A stretch of 46,686 nt of DNA from positions 1 to 46,686 of the forward strand of contig NC_057757.1 in the NCBI RefSeq assembly GCF_004010195.1, read 5' to 3'. This DNA comes from Chiloscyllium plagiosum. Taxonomy: Eukaryota. The position numbers were made by a program, and so were the translations under genes. Below are positions 12,904 through 25,032 of this stretch, piece by piece (position 1 is the first letter of the stretch; each line of letters opens with the position of its first letter). Below the pieces are notes generated by a model, which was given only the letters and a program-made list of their open reading frames with translations, was not told the DNA's origin and did no database searches.

Positions 12904-13494
12904 GTGGGTTTGCTGGCATGCTATTGCAATCTGACTCTCCTAGCCCTGTCTGCACCTGTTTCCAGTTTCCTGCTGATAATCTGGCCATCCTTTCTATATC
13001 ATTATTGATTCATCACAAATGGTCAGGGATGTTTCTCCTTTTAAAATATGGCTCACTGCTTTCCTACAGGGCACTTAATGGGAAGGTCCTGAGCAGTGTG
13101 CTGAACAAAGAGACCCTGGAGTGAAGGTTCATAGTTCCATGAAAGTGGAGTTGCAGGTAGACAGGATAGTGAAGTTGTTTGGTATGCTTGCCTTTATTGG
13201 TCAGTGCATTGAGTATAGCAGTTGGGAGGTCACGTTGTGTGTATACAGGACATTGGTTAGGCCACTTTTGGAATACTGCATTCAGATGGTCTCCCTGCAA
13301 GAGGAAGGCTGTTATGAAACTTGAAAGGACTCAGAAAAGATTTGCAAGGATGTTGCCAGGGTTGGAGGATTTGAGCTATAGGGACAGGTTGAACAGGCTA
13401 GGGCTGTTTTCCTTGGAGCATCAGAGGCTGAGGGGTGACTTTATAGTGGTTTATAAAATCATGAGGGGCATGGATAGGATAAATAGACAAGGTT

Positions 13495-13687
13495 GAAGAA
13501 TGTGGTGTTGGAAAAGCACAGTCAGTCAGGCAGCATCTGAGCAGCAGGACAATCGACATTTCGAGCATAAGCTCTTCATCAGGAATGTCAATTCTCTTTA
13601 TCCTCAGATGCTGTCTAACTGGCTATGCTTTTCCAGCACCACACTCTTCGACTCTGACCTCAGCATCTGCAGTGCTCACTTTGTCTC
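13495..13687. mobile_element. Penelope-like inverted-repeat insertion in CR1
   Basis: Arms about 13495-13558 and 13586-13649 are imperfect reverse complements; contains hammerhead motif. Confidence 0.65.
13551..13587 (-). ncRNA. Minimal hammerhead ribozyme motif
   Basis: Minus strand ATTC-CTGATGA-A-GAGC-ttat-GCTC-GAAA-TGTC-GATT; GUC triplet. Confidence 0.62.
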
Positions 13688-14695
13688 AATAAACAGACCT
13701 GGGGTGGGGGAGTTCAAAACTAGAGGGCATAGGTTTAAGGTGAGATGAGAAAGACTGAGAAAGGACCTAAGGGACAACTTTTTCACGCAGAGAGTGGTGC
13801 AGATATGGAATGAGCTGCCACAGGAAGTGGTGGAGGCTGGTACAATTACAACTGGATGGGTATATGAATAGGAAAGTTTTAGAGGGCCAAGTGCTGGCAA
13901 ATGGGACCAGATTAGGTTGGGATATCTGGTTGGTATTGATGAGATGGACCGAAGGGTTTGTTGCCATGCTGTATAGCTTTATGCTCTATGATGGCACTCA
14001 CTTTTTCCTGGGTGCAATTCCAAAAGAGAAATTATTTCGATACCTACTTTAAATTAAAGTGCGCCAAATGCTTTGTAGCCATTGAATGAACCTGGGCAAC
14101 TGTAAATGGCAGGATTCTACATCCAGAGGTCATTGCTATCATTGAAAGTGTCAACTGCATTGTCACCTAGCTCTGTGCCAATCACAAAGGAAATTCTTTT
14201 GAGGAACCCTATGCAACACCTTGGCAAATATTTCATGATTGGCGAGGATCTGCCATTGCGCAGGAACCGTATGTTTAAAATACTGAGTCAGTCGCATTGC
14301 TGTTGATGAGTGGGAATGATCATAGAACCACAGAAGGAATTATAATAATGAAGACCAATCCTGTTTGTGCCAGGTGAAAGAGCTTTTCAATCTAAACTTG
14401 TTTTTCCAGCTCTTGGTCCGGAACCCACTAGGTTTCAGCAACTTGAGTGCCTATCTCTGCGTATTTTAAATGTCACAACATTTCTGACACTATTGGTCTA
14501 TTATATATTGAAGTTAAACTTAAGTTCAGCCATCTCTCTTCTAAAGAAAATAAGCCCAGTCTAGCCAACCTCTCTTCATTGGTAAAATTCTCCATTCCTG
14601 GCAATATCATCTCCCTTGTGTGTCTACTGTGATCACATCCTGCATTTTACTGTGTCCTAACTTGTACTGTTCTCTGTCTTGCATGAAACTTTTAG

Positions 14696-14852
14696 AGTAA
14701 GCCATACTCCTCAGAACTTGGAAGAACTGACCAGTGGGATCCAGCACCTGGAGTACCTTCAGAACGAACTCCCAAAGACAGAGGCACGCATCAGCCCCAT
14801 TCATGAGCAGTTCAACATCCTGGAGAAATACGAGTTCCAAATCGAAGAAGCA
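14696..14852 (+). CDS. DNAH2: DNAH2 exon 6 of 19
   Basis: ttttag|...GCA|gtgagt; 157 nt; VSHTPQNLEEL...PIHEQFNILEKYEF. Confidence 0.93.
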
Positions 14853-14948
14853 GTGAGTGTGGAACCACAGTTGTAAGGCAAGCACTGAGTTGAGCTAGAC
14901 CACACTTTGACATTGTTCTGTTTCTCTCTCCCTCCCTCTCTCATGCAG

Positions 14949-15123
14949 GTCCAGCGGAGGCTGGAGTCAATGAATGGTGAATGGCTCAACTACCAACAGG
15001 TGATCAGTGACAGTGAGGCCATGCTGAAGAGGCAAAAGGAGAAGTTCAGAAGTGGCCTCATCCACTCTGCGGAAGAGCTGAAGAAGAAGACTCATAATGC
15101 CATTGAAGATTTTAACATGAGAG
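14949..15123 (+). CDS. DNAH2: DNAH2 exon 7 of 19
   Basis: atgcag|...G|gtaggc; 175 nt; after a 96-nt intron; LESMNGEW...KEKFRSGLIHSAEELKKK. Confidence 0.93.
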
Positions 15124-15450
15124 GTAGGCAGAAGAGGAGAGAGGCGATCCCACACCACCCACCCCAATCCAGCCTTTCCCTACAATATTCATTTAGAGTC
15201 CCAGGTAAAGAGAAGACTGCATTTCATGATCAATAGACCAGCCAATATTTATTTCTGTCTCTCAACCAATGTCATAAATAACAGTGACCTGATCATTATT
15301 ACATGGCTGCTTGTGGGATCGTACTCTGTGTAATGTGTCTCTGGCATTACTACATTGCAGCAGTAACAATATTTCAAAACTACTTACTTGGCTGTTAGCT
15401 GCCTTGAGACATTCAGGGAGACCTTGCTCCTTTCTCTGTCTGACACAGCT

Positions 15451-15807
15451 GCACTGACCCTCTGACAGTGCCCACTCCCTCAGTTCTGACCCTCCAACAC
15501 TACGGCACTCTCTCAGCACTGACCTTCTGACAGTGCGGTGCTCCCTCAGCACTGATTCTCCGACAGAGCCCTCTCCCTCAGCACTGACCCTCCGATAGTT
15601 CGGTGCTCCCTCAGCGCTGACCCTTCAACACTATGGTACTCCCTTAGCGCTGACCTCCAAAAGTCTGGTGCTCCCTCAGCACTGACCTTTTGACAGTATT
15701 GGACTCCCTCAGTGCTCACCCTCCGATGGGTGCGGCACTCCCTCAGCGCTGACACTCTGAGAGTGCGGCACTCCCTCAACGCTGACCCTCTGATAGTGCG
15801 GCACTCC
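15451..15807 (+). repeat. 33-bp minisatellite, about 11 copies, same family as the 26-kb array
   Basis: gcactgaccctctgacagtg...ctccctca units. Confidence 0.9.
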
Positions 15808-15941
15808 TTTTTATTTTATTTTACTGTAAAGGGAATGTCCATTTGGATAATTTGCTCGAGCTTTTGCAGAGATGCTTGGACATGTTCCTTGTAATTCCTG
15901 TGTGAACGTTAGTCTTTCAGCCGTATCTGATACATGATTTA

Positions 15942-16080
15942 AGGTTAAAAATCACACAACACCAGGTTATAGTCCAACAGGTTTAATTGGAAGCACTAGC
16001 TTTTGGAGCGCTGCTCCTTCATCAGGTGGTAGTGGTTTTTAACTTTGTACACCCCAGTCCAACGCCGGCATCTCCAAATT
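15942..16080. mobile_element. Penelope-like short element, second family
   Basis: aaaaatcacacaacaccaggttatagtcc block shared with the 28217 and 40403 copies; flanked by ATGATTTA duplication. Confidence 0.62.
15994..16028 (-). ncRNA. Hammerhead motif with G12>A decay
   Basis: Minus strand CAC-CTGATGA-A-GGAGC-agc-GCTCC-AAAA-GCTA-GTG. Confidence 0.55.
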
Positions 16081-16414
16081 ATGATTTATATTAGTCTTGA
16101 TGTGAGAATCACTTGATTGTCATTGGTGGTTGGCTTCCAGTGAACTTATCTTATTTGAACTATTTGAACAGTTTAGTTCTTGCCTTTTACGGGGCATATG
16201 GGAGTACACCTAAATCATATGGATGCACATTAACAGAAGAGCACCAGAACGTGTTAACTGGTATGTTTCAGGAAGTGTTTACTTCACTCTTTGGCTTGTG
16301 AATGCTTCACTGGGAGGCGCGAAACAGAATAGATTTGATTCACAAGTTCTGGGAGGGAGTTCAGAGTCCATGTGGTGTTTTTCTCCTCACTGATGTAGCT
16401 AAATGAACAATGTG

Positions 16415-16660
16415 GACTAAGGGGCAACTTTTTCACACAGAGGGTGGTACGTGTATGGAATGAGCTGCCAGAGGAAGTGGTGGAGGCTGGTACAATTACA
16501 ACATTTAAGAGGCATTTGGATGGGTATATGAATAGGAGGGGTTTGGAAGGCTATGGCACGGGTGCTGGCAGGTGGGACTAGATTGGGTTGGGGTATCTGG
16601 TCAGCATGGACAGGTTGGACCGAAGGGTCTGTGTCCATGCTGTACATCTCTATGACTCTA
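16415..16660 (+). mobile_element. CR1 LINE 3' end
   Basis: ttcacacagagggtggtacgtgtatggaatgagctgcc...tctatgactcta. Confidence 0.9.
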
Positions 16661-16757
16661 TGTTGGTCGTCCAGAAGTGATTTCTTCCACCATCACCCTG
16701 CTCATGTTGCCCCTGACCTCCCACAGCATGAAACATCAGCCATTTTTCTCTTTTCAG

Positions 16758-16921
16758 GGCCCTTCAGCAGTTCAATAAACACGGATAGTGCCCTGAGCAT
16801 GATCAGCGAACTACGAAATAATCTCAACCTCCTCAAGCAAGAGGAAGAAAGCATTCGCAATGGCCTCAATGTCTTCAAGATTGATCAACCCTTGTCCAAA
16901 GAGCTGCAAAATCTGGAGAAG
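16758..16921 (+). CDS. DNAH2: DNAH2 exon 8 of 19
   Basis: ttttcag|...AAG|gtaagg; 164 nt; GPFSSSINT...FKIDQPLSKELQNLEK. Confidence 0.94.
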
Positions 16922-17242
16922 GTAAGGGAGTGAAATGCAGCACAGCCCATTGGGCCTACACTGGCTGCTTGAAAGGTGTTACCCAAATCTTCCATCCCAC
17001 CCTCCCTTAGGCCTACATATTTACCGTTATTGTATTAATCCAGTTCCCTTTGAAATTACTTTCTCAAAATATTTGCTCAGAGGATATGAGTGTTGCTAGA
17101 CAGACTAGCATCCCATTGCCCATCCCTAACTGCCCTAGAGTGGAGTTAGGAGTCAATCCGAATGGGCAAAGCATCAAATATAGGCTGTATCGGGTAAAGG
17201 TTGGCAGATTTGCTCCTGCCAGTGAAGTGGAAAGGATTGAAT

Positions 17243-17515
17243 AAGAACAGAAATTGCTGGAAATGTTCAGCAGGTCTGACAGATTACGTGGAAAGAAATC
17301 ATAGTTAATGTTTTGGGTTCATTGACCCTTCCTCAGAAATGAAGGCATAAAAACCACCTTTTTCCCAGATACCATCAGTTCTAAGGAAGGGTCACTGGAC
17401 CTGAAACATTAACTCTAATTTCTCTCCGCACGTGCTGCCAGACTTACTGAGCTTTTCCAGCATTTTCTGTTTTTGTTTCTGATTTCCAGCATCTGCAGTT
17501 CCTTTGGTTTTTATT
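17243..17515. mobile_element. Penelope-like inverted pair with two decayed hammerheads
   Basis: Minus motif 17303-17340 and plus motif 17377-17414 (AGTT-CTAAGGA-A-GGGTC-actg-GACCT-GAAA-CATT-AACT). Confidence 0.6.
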
Positions 17516-17699
17516 TGGAAAAGGTTGAATCTGTTTCTGTGTTCCAGATCACAGCAACTCACTGTGTTTACATGAAAGTCGCATTCGTGGCTTCCTGTTA
17601 ATTCTTTTTCCCATTGCCTTCAGGCTGTCTCCCTCAATTACTGACCCTCCTGACGCTGATAATTTGATTAATGTGTGATTGACACTTCATAGAGACCGT

Positions 17700-17895
17700 T
17701 TGAACCTCCTGGACTCAGTATCAAGTTCAACCACTTGAGCTCCCACATGCCCTTAAGCCAAGCCCCACACACTAGGCCTTGTTAATCACACTTCACATCA
17801 GTTCTGATGAAGTCATCTGGACTCAATGTTAGCTTGCTGTCTCTCCACAGATGCTGCCTGATCTGCTGTGATTTCCAGCATTTTTTTGTTTTCAG
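17700..17895 (+). mobile_element. Penelope-like 3' remnant with decayed hammerhead
   Basis: AGTT-CTGATGA-AGTC-atctg-GACT at 17800-17823, followed by gatgctgcctgatctgctg...ttccagca. Confidence 0.5.
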
Positions 17896-17924
17896 TCTTG
17901 TTACTGTGTGAAACCACATATTAC

Positions 17925-18200
17925 ACACAGCCCATTGTTAGCCACTAACTGTCCCCATTAATAGCTGTTCCCAGTTCTATCCAGATTATTTTCCACTCCT
18001 TTGTCTGTCCAACTGTTCTTCTCTTTCTCTGGGATCTATCCCTACCTATCATTTACTCTTTACCGCCTCACCGCACCCTATCTTCTGTGTATAAACCCCC
18101 ATTTTCCGAGCTACCATCAGTTAACCCGAAACGTTGATTCTAATTTCTGTCTCCATGGATGCTTCTCAGCTTTTCCAGCAATTTCTGTTTTTGTTTCTTT
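17925..18200 (+). mobile_element. Penelope-like terminal repeat, hammerhead core deleted
   Basis: ctaccatcagtt|aacccgaaacgttg...ttttccagcaatttctgtttttgtttc matches the 17370-17480 copy. Confidence 0.55.
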
Positions 18201-18222
18201 TGGCCTTTGCTTTGGTTTGTAG

Positions 18223-18384
18223 GATCTGGATTTCCTGCAGCAAGCCTGGGAGGTCACCAAACAATGGGAGGAATCTTGGGTAGAGTGGAAAGGAGGGAAG
18301 TTCAGCTCTCTGCAGACACAGATTATGGAGAACACCGCTATGGGATATTTCAGGAAACTGAACAAGCTCAGCCAGATTCTCAAG
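18223..18384 (+). CDS. DNAH2: DNAH2 exon 9 of 19
   Basis: tttgtag|...AAG|gtattt; 162 nt; DLDFLQQAWEVTKQWEESWVEWKGGKF...FRKLNKLSQILK. Confidence 0.93.
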
Positions 18385-19261
18385 GTATTTAGCCCTTTGT
18401 TTTTCAGCATGACTGGATATATGCATATTGCTGCCAACCCATTTAATGGATGTGTTTAAAGTTAATGTGGGGAGCAAACAGGAGAGTGCACTGAAATTCC
18501 TTCCACCCTCTAACTATGCCTGCCTTTTCCTATTTCAATGAAAAATTGAGATGGTATTTTCTTCCAAGTGTGGTGGTGTGTGCCACACGTAAATGGTGAA
18601 ACCAGAACCATAGCCATTGGTCAGCTCTAAGCCCACCAGTGGTCACGCAGGCTTTAGTCACCTGGCACTCGGCCTCAGATGGCCAGCCAATCAGAAGCCA
18701 GCAGCCCTTGTGAGTAGTAAAGCCTTCTCAGAATCCAAAGGTGCTAGTGTCAGGGCATTGCCAAGGCCCTGTGCTGGTAAGCAAGGTAGGTGGCTGTTCA
18801 CAATGGCAGGTTAGCAGGATGTGGGTCACAGCCCTAGATTGAGGAGCTAGAGACCTTGCTAACCCCTCAGTCCGGTGGGTCCACTGTACCAGTTGGGAAG
18901 GATATCTGCTGGGGACAACATCAATCATGGTAATGACGTGAAGTGACCCTTAAGTCTTCATGAATTGATTACTGAATGGCACTAATTGGTGATGTGTTGG
19001 AGGGATCCAATTTGGCAATCCCTGTCCAGAAGTGGCTGGAAAAGGGTAAGAATCTCCCTGCTGCCAGCCGAGATGACTACCTGCCCTTCCAGTTCCCCCA
19101 TCCCTGGTATCATAGCCGCTCATTATGTCCACATTCATATGGATATATCAACTAAACACTCTATTTGCCCCAGTTTGAGTTTCCTGCTTCTCTCGATCAC
19201 AGTTGAGTCGTGTACTACCCACCTCTACCAAAAGAAAGGAAGCTGTGCCAAGCTTATTTTT

Positions 19262-19468
19262 GATATGGTGGTGCCAGTGTTGGAAGGGGGGTGGACAAGG
19301 TCAGAAGTCAGATTACATCAGGTTATAGTCCAACAGATTTATTTTAAATCACAAGCTTTCGGAGCGCTACCCCTTTGTCAGGTGACCTGATGGTGGGGCA
19401 CTGCTCCAAAAGCGTCTGCTTTCAATAAACCTATTGGACTATAGCCCGGTGTCGTCTGACCTCCACTT
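19262..19468. mobile_element. Penelope-like inverted pair, second family, back-to-back decayed hammerheads
   Basis: Minus CAC-CTGACAA-A-GGGGT-agc-GCTCC-GAAA-GCTT-GTG (19350-19384); plus copy from 19387; ggttatagtccaa/ttggactata arms. Confidence 0.58.
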
Positions 19469-19904
19469 TTATTTTTGGAAGAGGAGGAAGCTGTTACTTT
19501 CATTGTAGCACCAACATTAGTCAATCCTCTCTCCACCAGAGCAAGTCACAGTCTATATTGTCCAAGTTCCACTTCTCTGCAGGTGGTGCTGCATTTGTTG
19601 GCTCTGATACTGCAGGAACTCAAGCAGATGGTATCTGGCAAAAACACACCAACAAAACCCAAACAGAACTTTCGTTTGTTGCACTGATTTGGTTTATAAA
19701 CATTAACTGATGGACAAAAATCCCCTTGTGCTGGTACAACGGAATAGCGAGTGAAACCTATGTAAACAAGCATTCCTACAAAATGGGCACCTGTGGATAG
19801 ATTCAAACATCTTGTGTAGCGAATTATACAAGGAGCACTCTGAAACCACAATGCATGTTAAATGGATGGTGCCTGCATAACCAAAGAGCTTCCTTAGAGG
19901 GGCA

Positions 19905-22900
19905 GAGTGGCAGAATGACTCAGTGGTTAGCACTGCTGGCTCACAGTGCCAGGGACCCAGGTTTAATTCCACCTTCGGCTGACTGTCTGTGCAGAGTTTG
20001 CATGTTTCCCCACCCCTGCCCCCGCCCCTGTGTAAATGTGAGTTTCCGGTGTCCAGGGATGTGCAGGTTAGGTTGGAATGGCCATGCTAATTTATCATAC
20101 AGTGTCCAGAGATGTGCAGGTTAGCGTGGATTGGCCATGGGAAATTGTCGCCCAGTGTCCAGGGATGTGCAGGTTCGGGTAGGTTGGCCATGAGAAATTG
20201 TCCCTAAGTGTCCAGGGATGTGCAGGTTATGGTGGATTGACCATGGGAAAGTGTCCCATAGTGCCCAGGCATGTGCAGGTTAGAGTGGGTTGGCCATGGG
20301 AAATTGTCCTTTAGTGTCCATGGATGTGCATGTTAGGAAGGACTGGCCATGGGAAATTGTACCATAGTGTCCAGGGATGCGTACGTTAGGGTGGATTGAC
20401 CATAGGAAATTGTCGCATAGTGCCCAGGGATGTGCAGGTTAGGGTGAATTGGCCATGGGAAATTGTCCCATAGTGTCCAGAGATGTGCAGGTTATCGTGG
20501 ACTGGCCATGGGAAATTGTCCCACAGTGTCCAGAGATGTGCAGGTCCGGCTAGATTGGCCATGGGAAATTGTCCCATAGTGCCCAGGGATGTGCAGGTTA
20601 GGGTGGATTGGCCATGGGAAATTATCCCATCGTGTCCTGGAACGTGCAGGTTAGGATAGATTGGCCATGGGAAATTGTCCCATAGTGCCTAGGGTGTGCT
20701 GGTTAAGGTGGATTGGCCATGGGAAATTGTCCCATTGTGCCCAGAGATGTGCAGGTTAGGGTGGATTGTCCATGGAAAATTGTCCCATAGTGACCAGGGA
20801 TGTGCAGGTTAGGGTGGATTGTCCATGGAAAATTGTCCCATAGTGACCAGGGATGTGCTGGTTAGGGTAGATTGGCCATGGGAAATTGTCCCTTAGTGTC
20901 CAGGGATGCGTCGTTAGGGTGGACTGGCCATAGGAAATTGTCCCATAGTGTCCAGGGATGTGCAGGTTAGGGTGGATTGGCCGTGGGAAATTGTCCCATA
21001 GTGCCCAGGGATGTGCAGGTTAGGGTGGATTGGCCATGGGAAATTGTCCCATAGTGTCCAGGGATGTGTACGTTAGGGTGGATTGTTTTTGGGAAATTGT
21101 CCCATGGCATCCAGTGATGTGTAGTTTAGGGTGGATTGGCCATGGGAAATTGTCCCATAGTGTCCAGGGATGTGCAGATTCGGGTGGATTGGCAATGGGA
21201 AATTGTCCCATAGTGGCCAGAGATGTGCATATTCGGGTGGACTGGCCATGGGAAATTGTCCCTTAATGTCTAGGGATATGCTGGTTAGGGTAGATTGACC
21301 ATGGGAAATTGTCCCTTAGTGTTCAGGGATGCGTCGTTATGTTGGATTGACCATAGGAAATTGTCCCATAGTGCCAGGGATGTGCAGATTAGGGTGGATT
21401 GGCCACGGGAAATTGTCCCATAGTGTCTAGGGATATGCTGGTTAGGGTAGATTGGCCATGGGAAATTGTCCCATAATGTCTAGGGATGTGTTGGTTAGGG
21501 TGGATTGGTTATGGGAAATTGTCGCATAGTGTCCAGGGATGTGCAGGTTAGGGTGGATTGGCCATGGGAAATTGTCCCATATTGTCCAAGGATGTGCAGA
21601 TTAGGGTGGATTGGCCATGGGAAATTGTCCCATAGTGACCAGGGATGTGCAGTTTAGGGTGGATTGGCCCTGGGAAATTATCCCATAGTGTCCAGGGATG
21701 TGCAGGTTAGGATGGATTGGCCATGGGAAATTGTCCCATAGTGTCCAGGGATGTGTCGGTTAGGGTGGATTGGCCATGGGAAATTGTCCCATAACGTCCA
21801 GGGATATGCAGGGTAGGGTGGATTGGCCATGGGAAATTGTCCCATAGTGTCCAGGGTGTGTCGGTTCGGGTGGATTGGCCATGGGAAATTGTCCCATAGT
21901 GTCCAGGGATGTGCAGTTTAGGGTTGATTGGCCATGGGAAATTGTCCCATAGTGTCCAGGGATGTGGAGGTTAGGATGGATTGGCCATTGGAAATTGTCC
22001 CATAGTGTCCAGGGATGTGTAGGTTATGGCGGATTGGCCATGGGAAATTGTCCCATAGTGTCCAGGGATGTGCAGGTTAGGGTGGATTTGCCATGGGAAA
22101 TTGTCCCATAGTGTCCAAGGATGTGCAGGTTAGGGTGGGTTGGCCATAGGAAATTGTCCCCTAGTGCCCAGAGATGTGCAGGTTAAGGTGGAATGGCCAT
22201 GGGAAATTGTCCCATAGTGTCCAGGGATGTGCAGGTTAGGGTGGATTGGCCATGGGAAATTGTCCCAAAGTGTCCGGGATGTGCAGATTAGGGTGGAATG
22301 GCCATGGGAAATTGTCCCATAGAGTCCAGGGATGTGCAGGTTAGGGTGGAATGGCCATGGGAAATTGTCCCATAGAGTCCAGGGATGTGCTGGTTAGGGT
22401 GGATTGGCCATGGGAAATTGTCCCAAAGTGTCCAGGGATGTGCAGGTTAGGGTGGATTGGCCATGGGAAATTGTCCCATAGTGCCCAGGGATGTGCAGGT
22501 TAGGGTGGATTGACCATAGGAAATTGTCTCATAGTGTCCAGGGATGTGCAGGTTAGGGTGGATTGGCCATGGGAAATTGTCTCATAGTGCCCAGGGATGT
22601 GCAGGTTCGGGTGGATTAGCCATGGAAAATTGTCCCATAGTGCCCAGGGATGTGCAGGTTAGGGTGGGTTGGCCATGGGAAATTGTCCCCTAGTGCCCAG
22701 AGATGTGCAGGTTCGGGTGGAATGGCCATGGGAAATTGTCCCATAGTGTCCAGGGATGTGCAGGTTAGGGTGGATTGGCCATGGGAAATTGTCCCATAGT
22801 GCCCAGGGATGTGCAGGTTAGGGTGGATTGGCCGTGGGAAATTGTCCCATAGTGCCCAGGGATGTGCAGGTTAGGGTGGATTGGCCATTGGAAACACAGA

Positions 22901-23017
22901 GATATGGAGATGGGGTAGGAGAGTTGGTCTTGGTCTGGGTTGGATGCTCTTAGAAGTGGCAATGTGGACTTGATAGGCCAAATGGCCTGCTTCCACAGCA
23001 TAGGAATTCTGTGATTC
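19905..23017 (+). mobile_element. V-SINE expanded to 3.1 kb by an internal tandem array
   Basis: SINE head 19905-20048, array, SINE tail 22895-23017. Confidence 0.85.
20049..22894 (+). repeat. 53-bp tandem array, about 54 copies
   Basis: Unit GTGTCCAGGGATGTGCAGGTTAGGGTGGATTGGCCATGGGAAATTGTCCCATA; period 53 (units start at 22746 and 22799). Confidence 0.95.
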
Positions 23018-24427
23018 AGTGTCTGGCTGAGACCAGGGCCCAGAGAAAGCAGAAACCCAGTGTCCAGGTCAGAATCCTGAGTCTTCCTGTGCAGCACAGG
23101 CTGCCATTGCCAGCGTGGAGTGTGATGATCTTGAGAAGTCACCCACTCTGCAAACCCAATCAGGGAGAATGCTCCCAGGATGTTCCCATTTTGGTTGGAT
23201 GGAGTTAGTGTAGGTTCTGGCCATCTCTGTAAACAGACACAAGGACTGCTGGCTGTGGAGGGGGTTTGTGTGAAAGGCCAGTCTTGGTGATATTGGGGTG
23301 GGGGTAGGGGTTAGTTTGGGTTCTGGACATCTCTGTTTCCAGACACAAGGACTGCCAGCTGGGGGGGGGGGGGGGGGGGGGTTGAGAAAAAAGCACCTGC
23401 CCATCACACTCTCCTGGTTCTGATTAAACTAAATTGAATTTCTATATGTCCACTGCAGACTTTATTTAAAAAGAATCACTGATTTACAATAATTCATTCG
23501 CTGCATTTTCATTCTTTCAACTAACTAATCTCTCTGAGACACATTTCATTCAAATTCTTGAATTCTTATGTGAAAGGAAAGTTGCATTTATCATCCTACC
23601 TCAAGGATGTTATAACCACTTGTAGCTGTCAATCAAGTAGTGAACGAGAGGCACCTGCTCTGACAACAGTAGGTTGTAAATGATTCATACAGTACAAACC
23701 TTCTGAAGCCATCCACTTTATAGCAACAGGCAATGAAATAGCAGGCCTTTAAACTACTATTTGTTTTAAAACTGCATAGACCAGGGGACATATAAATGCC
23801 CTGACAGTTTCTGGAAGATTTAGCCATGACAGCTTGATAGTTATAATAAGTTTATTCATGTTTTACATACAATCATTCTACTTTTTATATTTCCAAAGGG
23901 TATCTGACCTCTCCTAAGGACGCACATGAAGCTAAACAAAAACGCATACTGCCTCTCCAAACAATTCAGTTAGAGCGTTTTCTGAAAAACGTAAACATGT
24001 TTCGGATATCCCGTTAGTGACAATGGATCTGTTTCAAATCTGTTGCACTATAACATCTTTTTTAAATCTAATTACAAGTACCCTCAGTTTTTCTCCCCAC
24101 TGTTTCTAATCCCCCACTGTCCCTCTCCCCACATGATGAAAATATCAGGAGAACAGGTAAGGAAGCAGGACTTCAAGACATGGGGCTCTGATTCTCTTTT
24201 GGCTGTGTTCAAGATCCTATTGGTCTTTGCAAAAATTCAGTTTAATGTTGATGACCAAGGAGACATAAGGCTGACATACTGTGTAACCATGGGTAGTTCA
24301 GTGCTTCCATGTACCAAGCCCTATTAACATCGAGTTCACACAAGTTATTACAAAGTTGTTGTAACTCCTTTCATTGTCAGCATCACTGGTGCTCCCCCTT
24401 GTAACAAGATTCCTTTCTGTTCTCTCC

Positions 24428-24665
24428 AACACACACACAGACACACACACACACGCACATGCACACAGACAAGCACCTACACACACCATTATGCACACAC
24501 ACACATGCAGATGTGCACACATGAACATGCGCACACACGCACACAGGCAACAGACAAACACACATGCACACACACAGGCATGCACACACAGGTACGCACG
24601 CACACAGACACACGTGTGCATGTACGCGTGCACACACATACACTCTCACTCATCACATGCACAGT
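24428..24665. repeat. Degenerate (CA)n microsatellite
   Basis: cacacacagacacacacacacacgcacatg... Confidence 0.9.
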
Positions 24666-24928
24666 GACAGAAGTCTCCCTACTACCTCCGACATTGAAAG
24701 CTCTCAAAGCTGTGTCTCAGGAATGGCAGGTTTCTTAGTCATTGTAGATGCTGAGAAGAGTTTCCTTTTCCCACTGTGGGATCTTACTGTTGGTTTGATC
24801 ACTGTTTCAAAACTCAGGATGCCTATAAACAAAGGCAGGCGATGCTAGTTTCTCAGGTATCTGTAATTCGCAGCTGTCACTATTCAGAGCGAAAATAGCT
24901 AATCGCATGCTTCTGTTATACTTTGTAG

Positions 24929-25032
24929 GATAAGAACTGGGACATTGTAACTGCATCAAAGAACAAGGTTCAGCAGTTTAAGAAGACAATGCCACTGATT
25001 ACAGACTTGAGAAATCCAGCCATGCGCGACAG
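24929..25032 (+). CDS. DNAH2: DNAH2 exon 10 of 19
   Basis: tttgtag|...AG|gtgagt; 104 nt; DKNWDIV...QFKKTMPLITDLRNPAMRDR (dynein DHC_N2 region motif). Confidence 0.95.

Larger units (their letters stand above)
13065..13990 (+). mobile_element. CR1 LINE 3' fragment containing a Penelope-like insert
   Basis: YRTLVRPLLEYC, LERTQKRFARMLPG, frameshifted. Confidence 0.88.

Noticed and set aside
20049..22894. CRISPR-like array (regular period, palindromic unit)
   Set aside because: Units are head-to-tail with no unique spacers, derive from a SINE segment, lie in a vertebrate intron, and no cas genes are present.
20049..22894. Interstitial telomeric repeat
   Set aside because: Only one isolated TTAGGG per 53-bp unit, with no tandem (TTAGGG)n.
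24298..24848. Cys/Val- and His/Thr-rich ORFs
   Set aside because: Artefacts of the (CA)n/(TG)n microsatellite.
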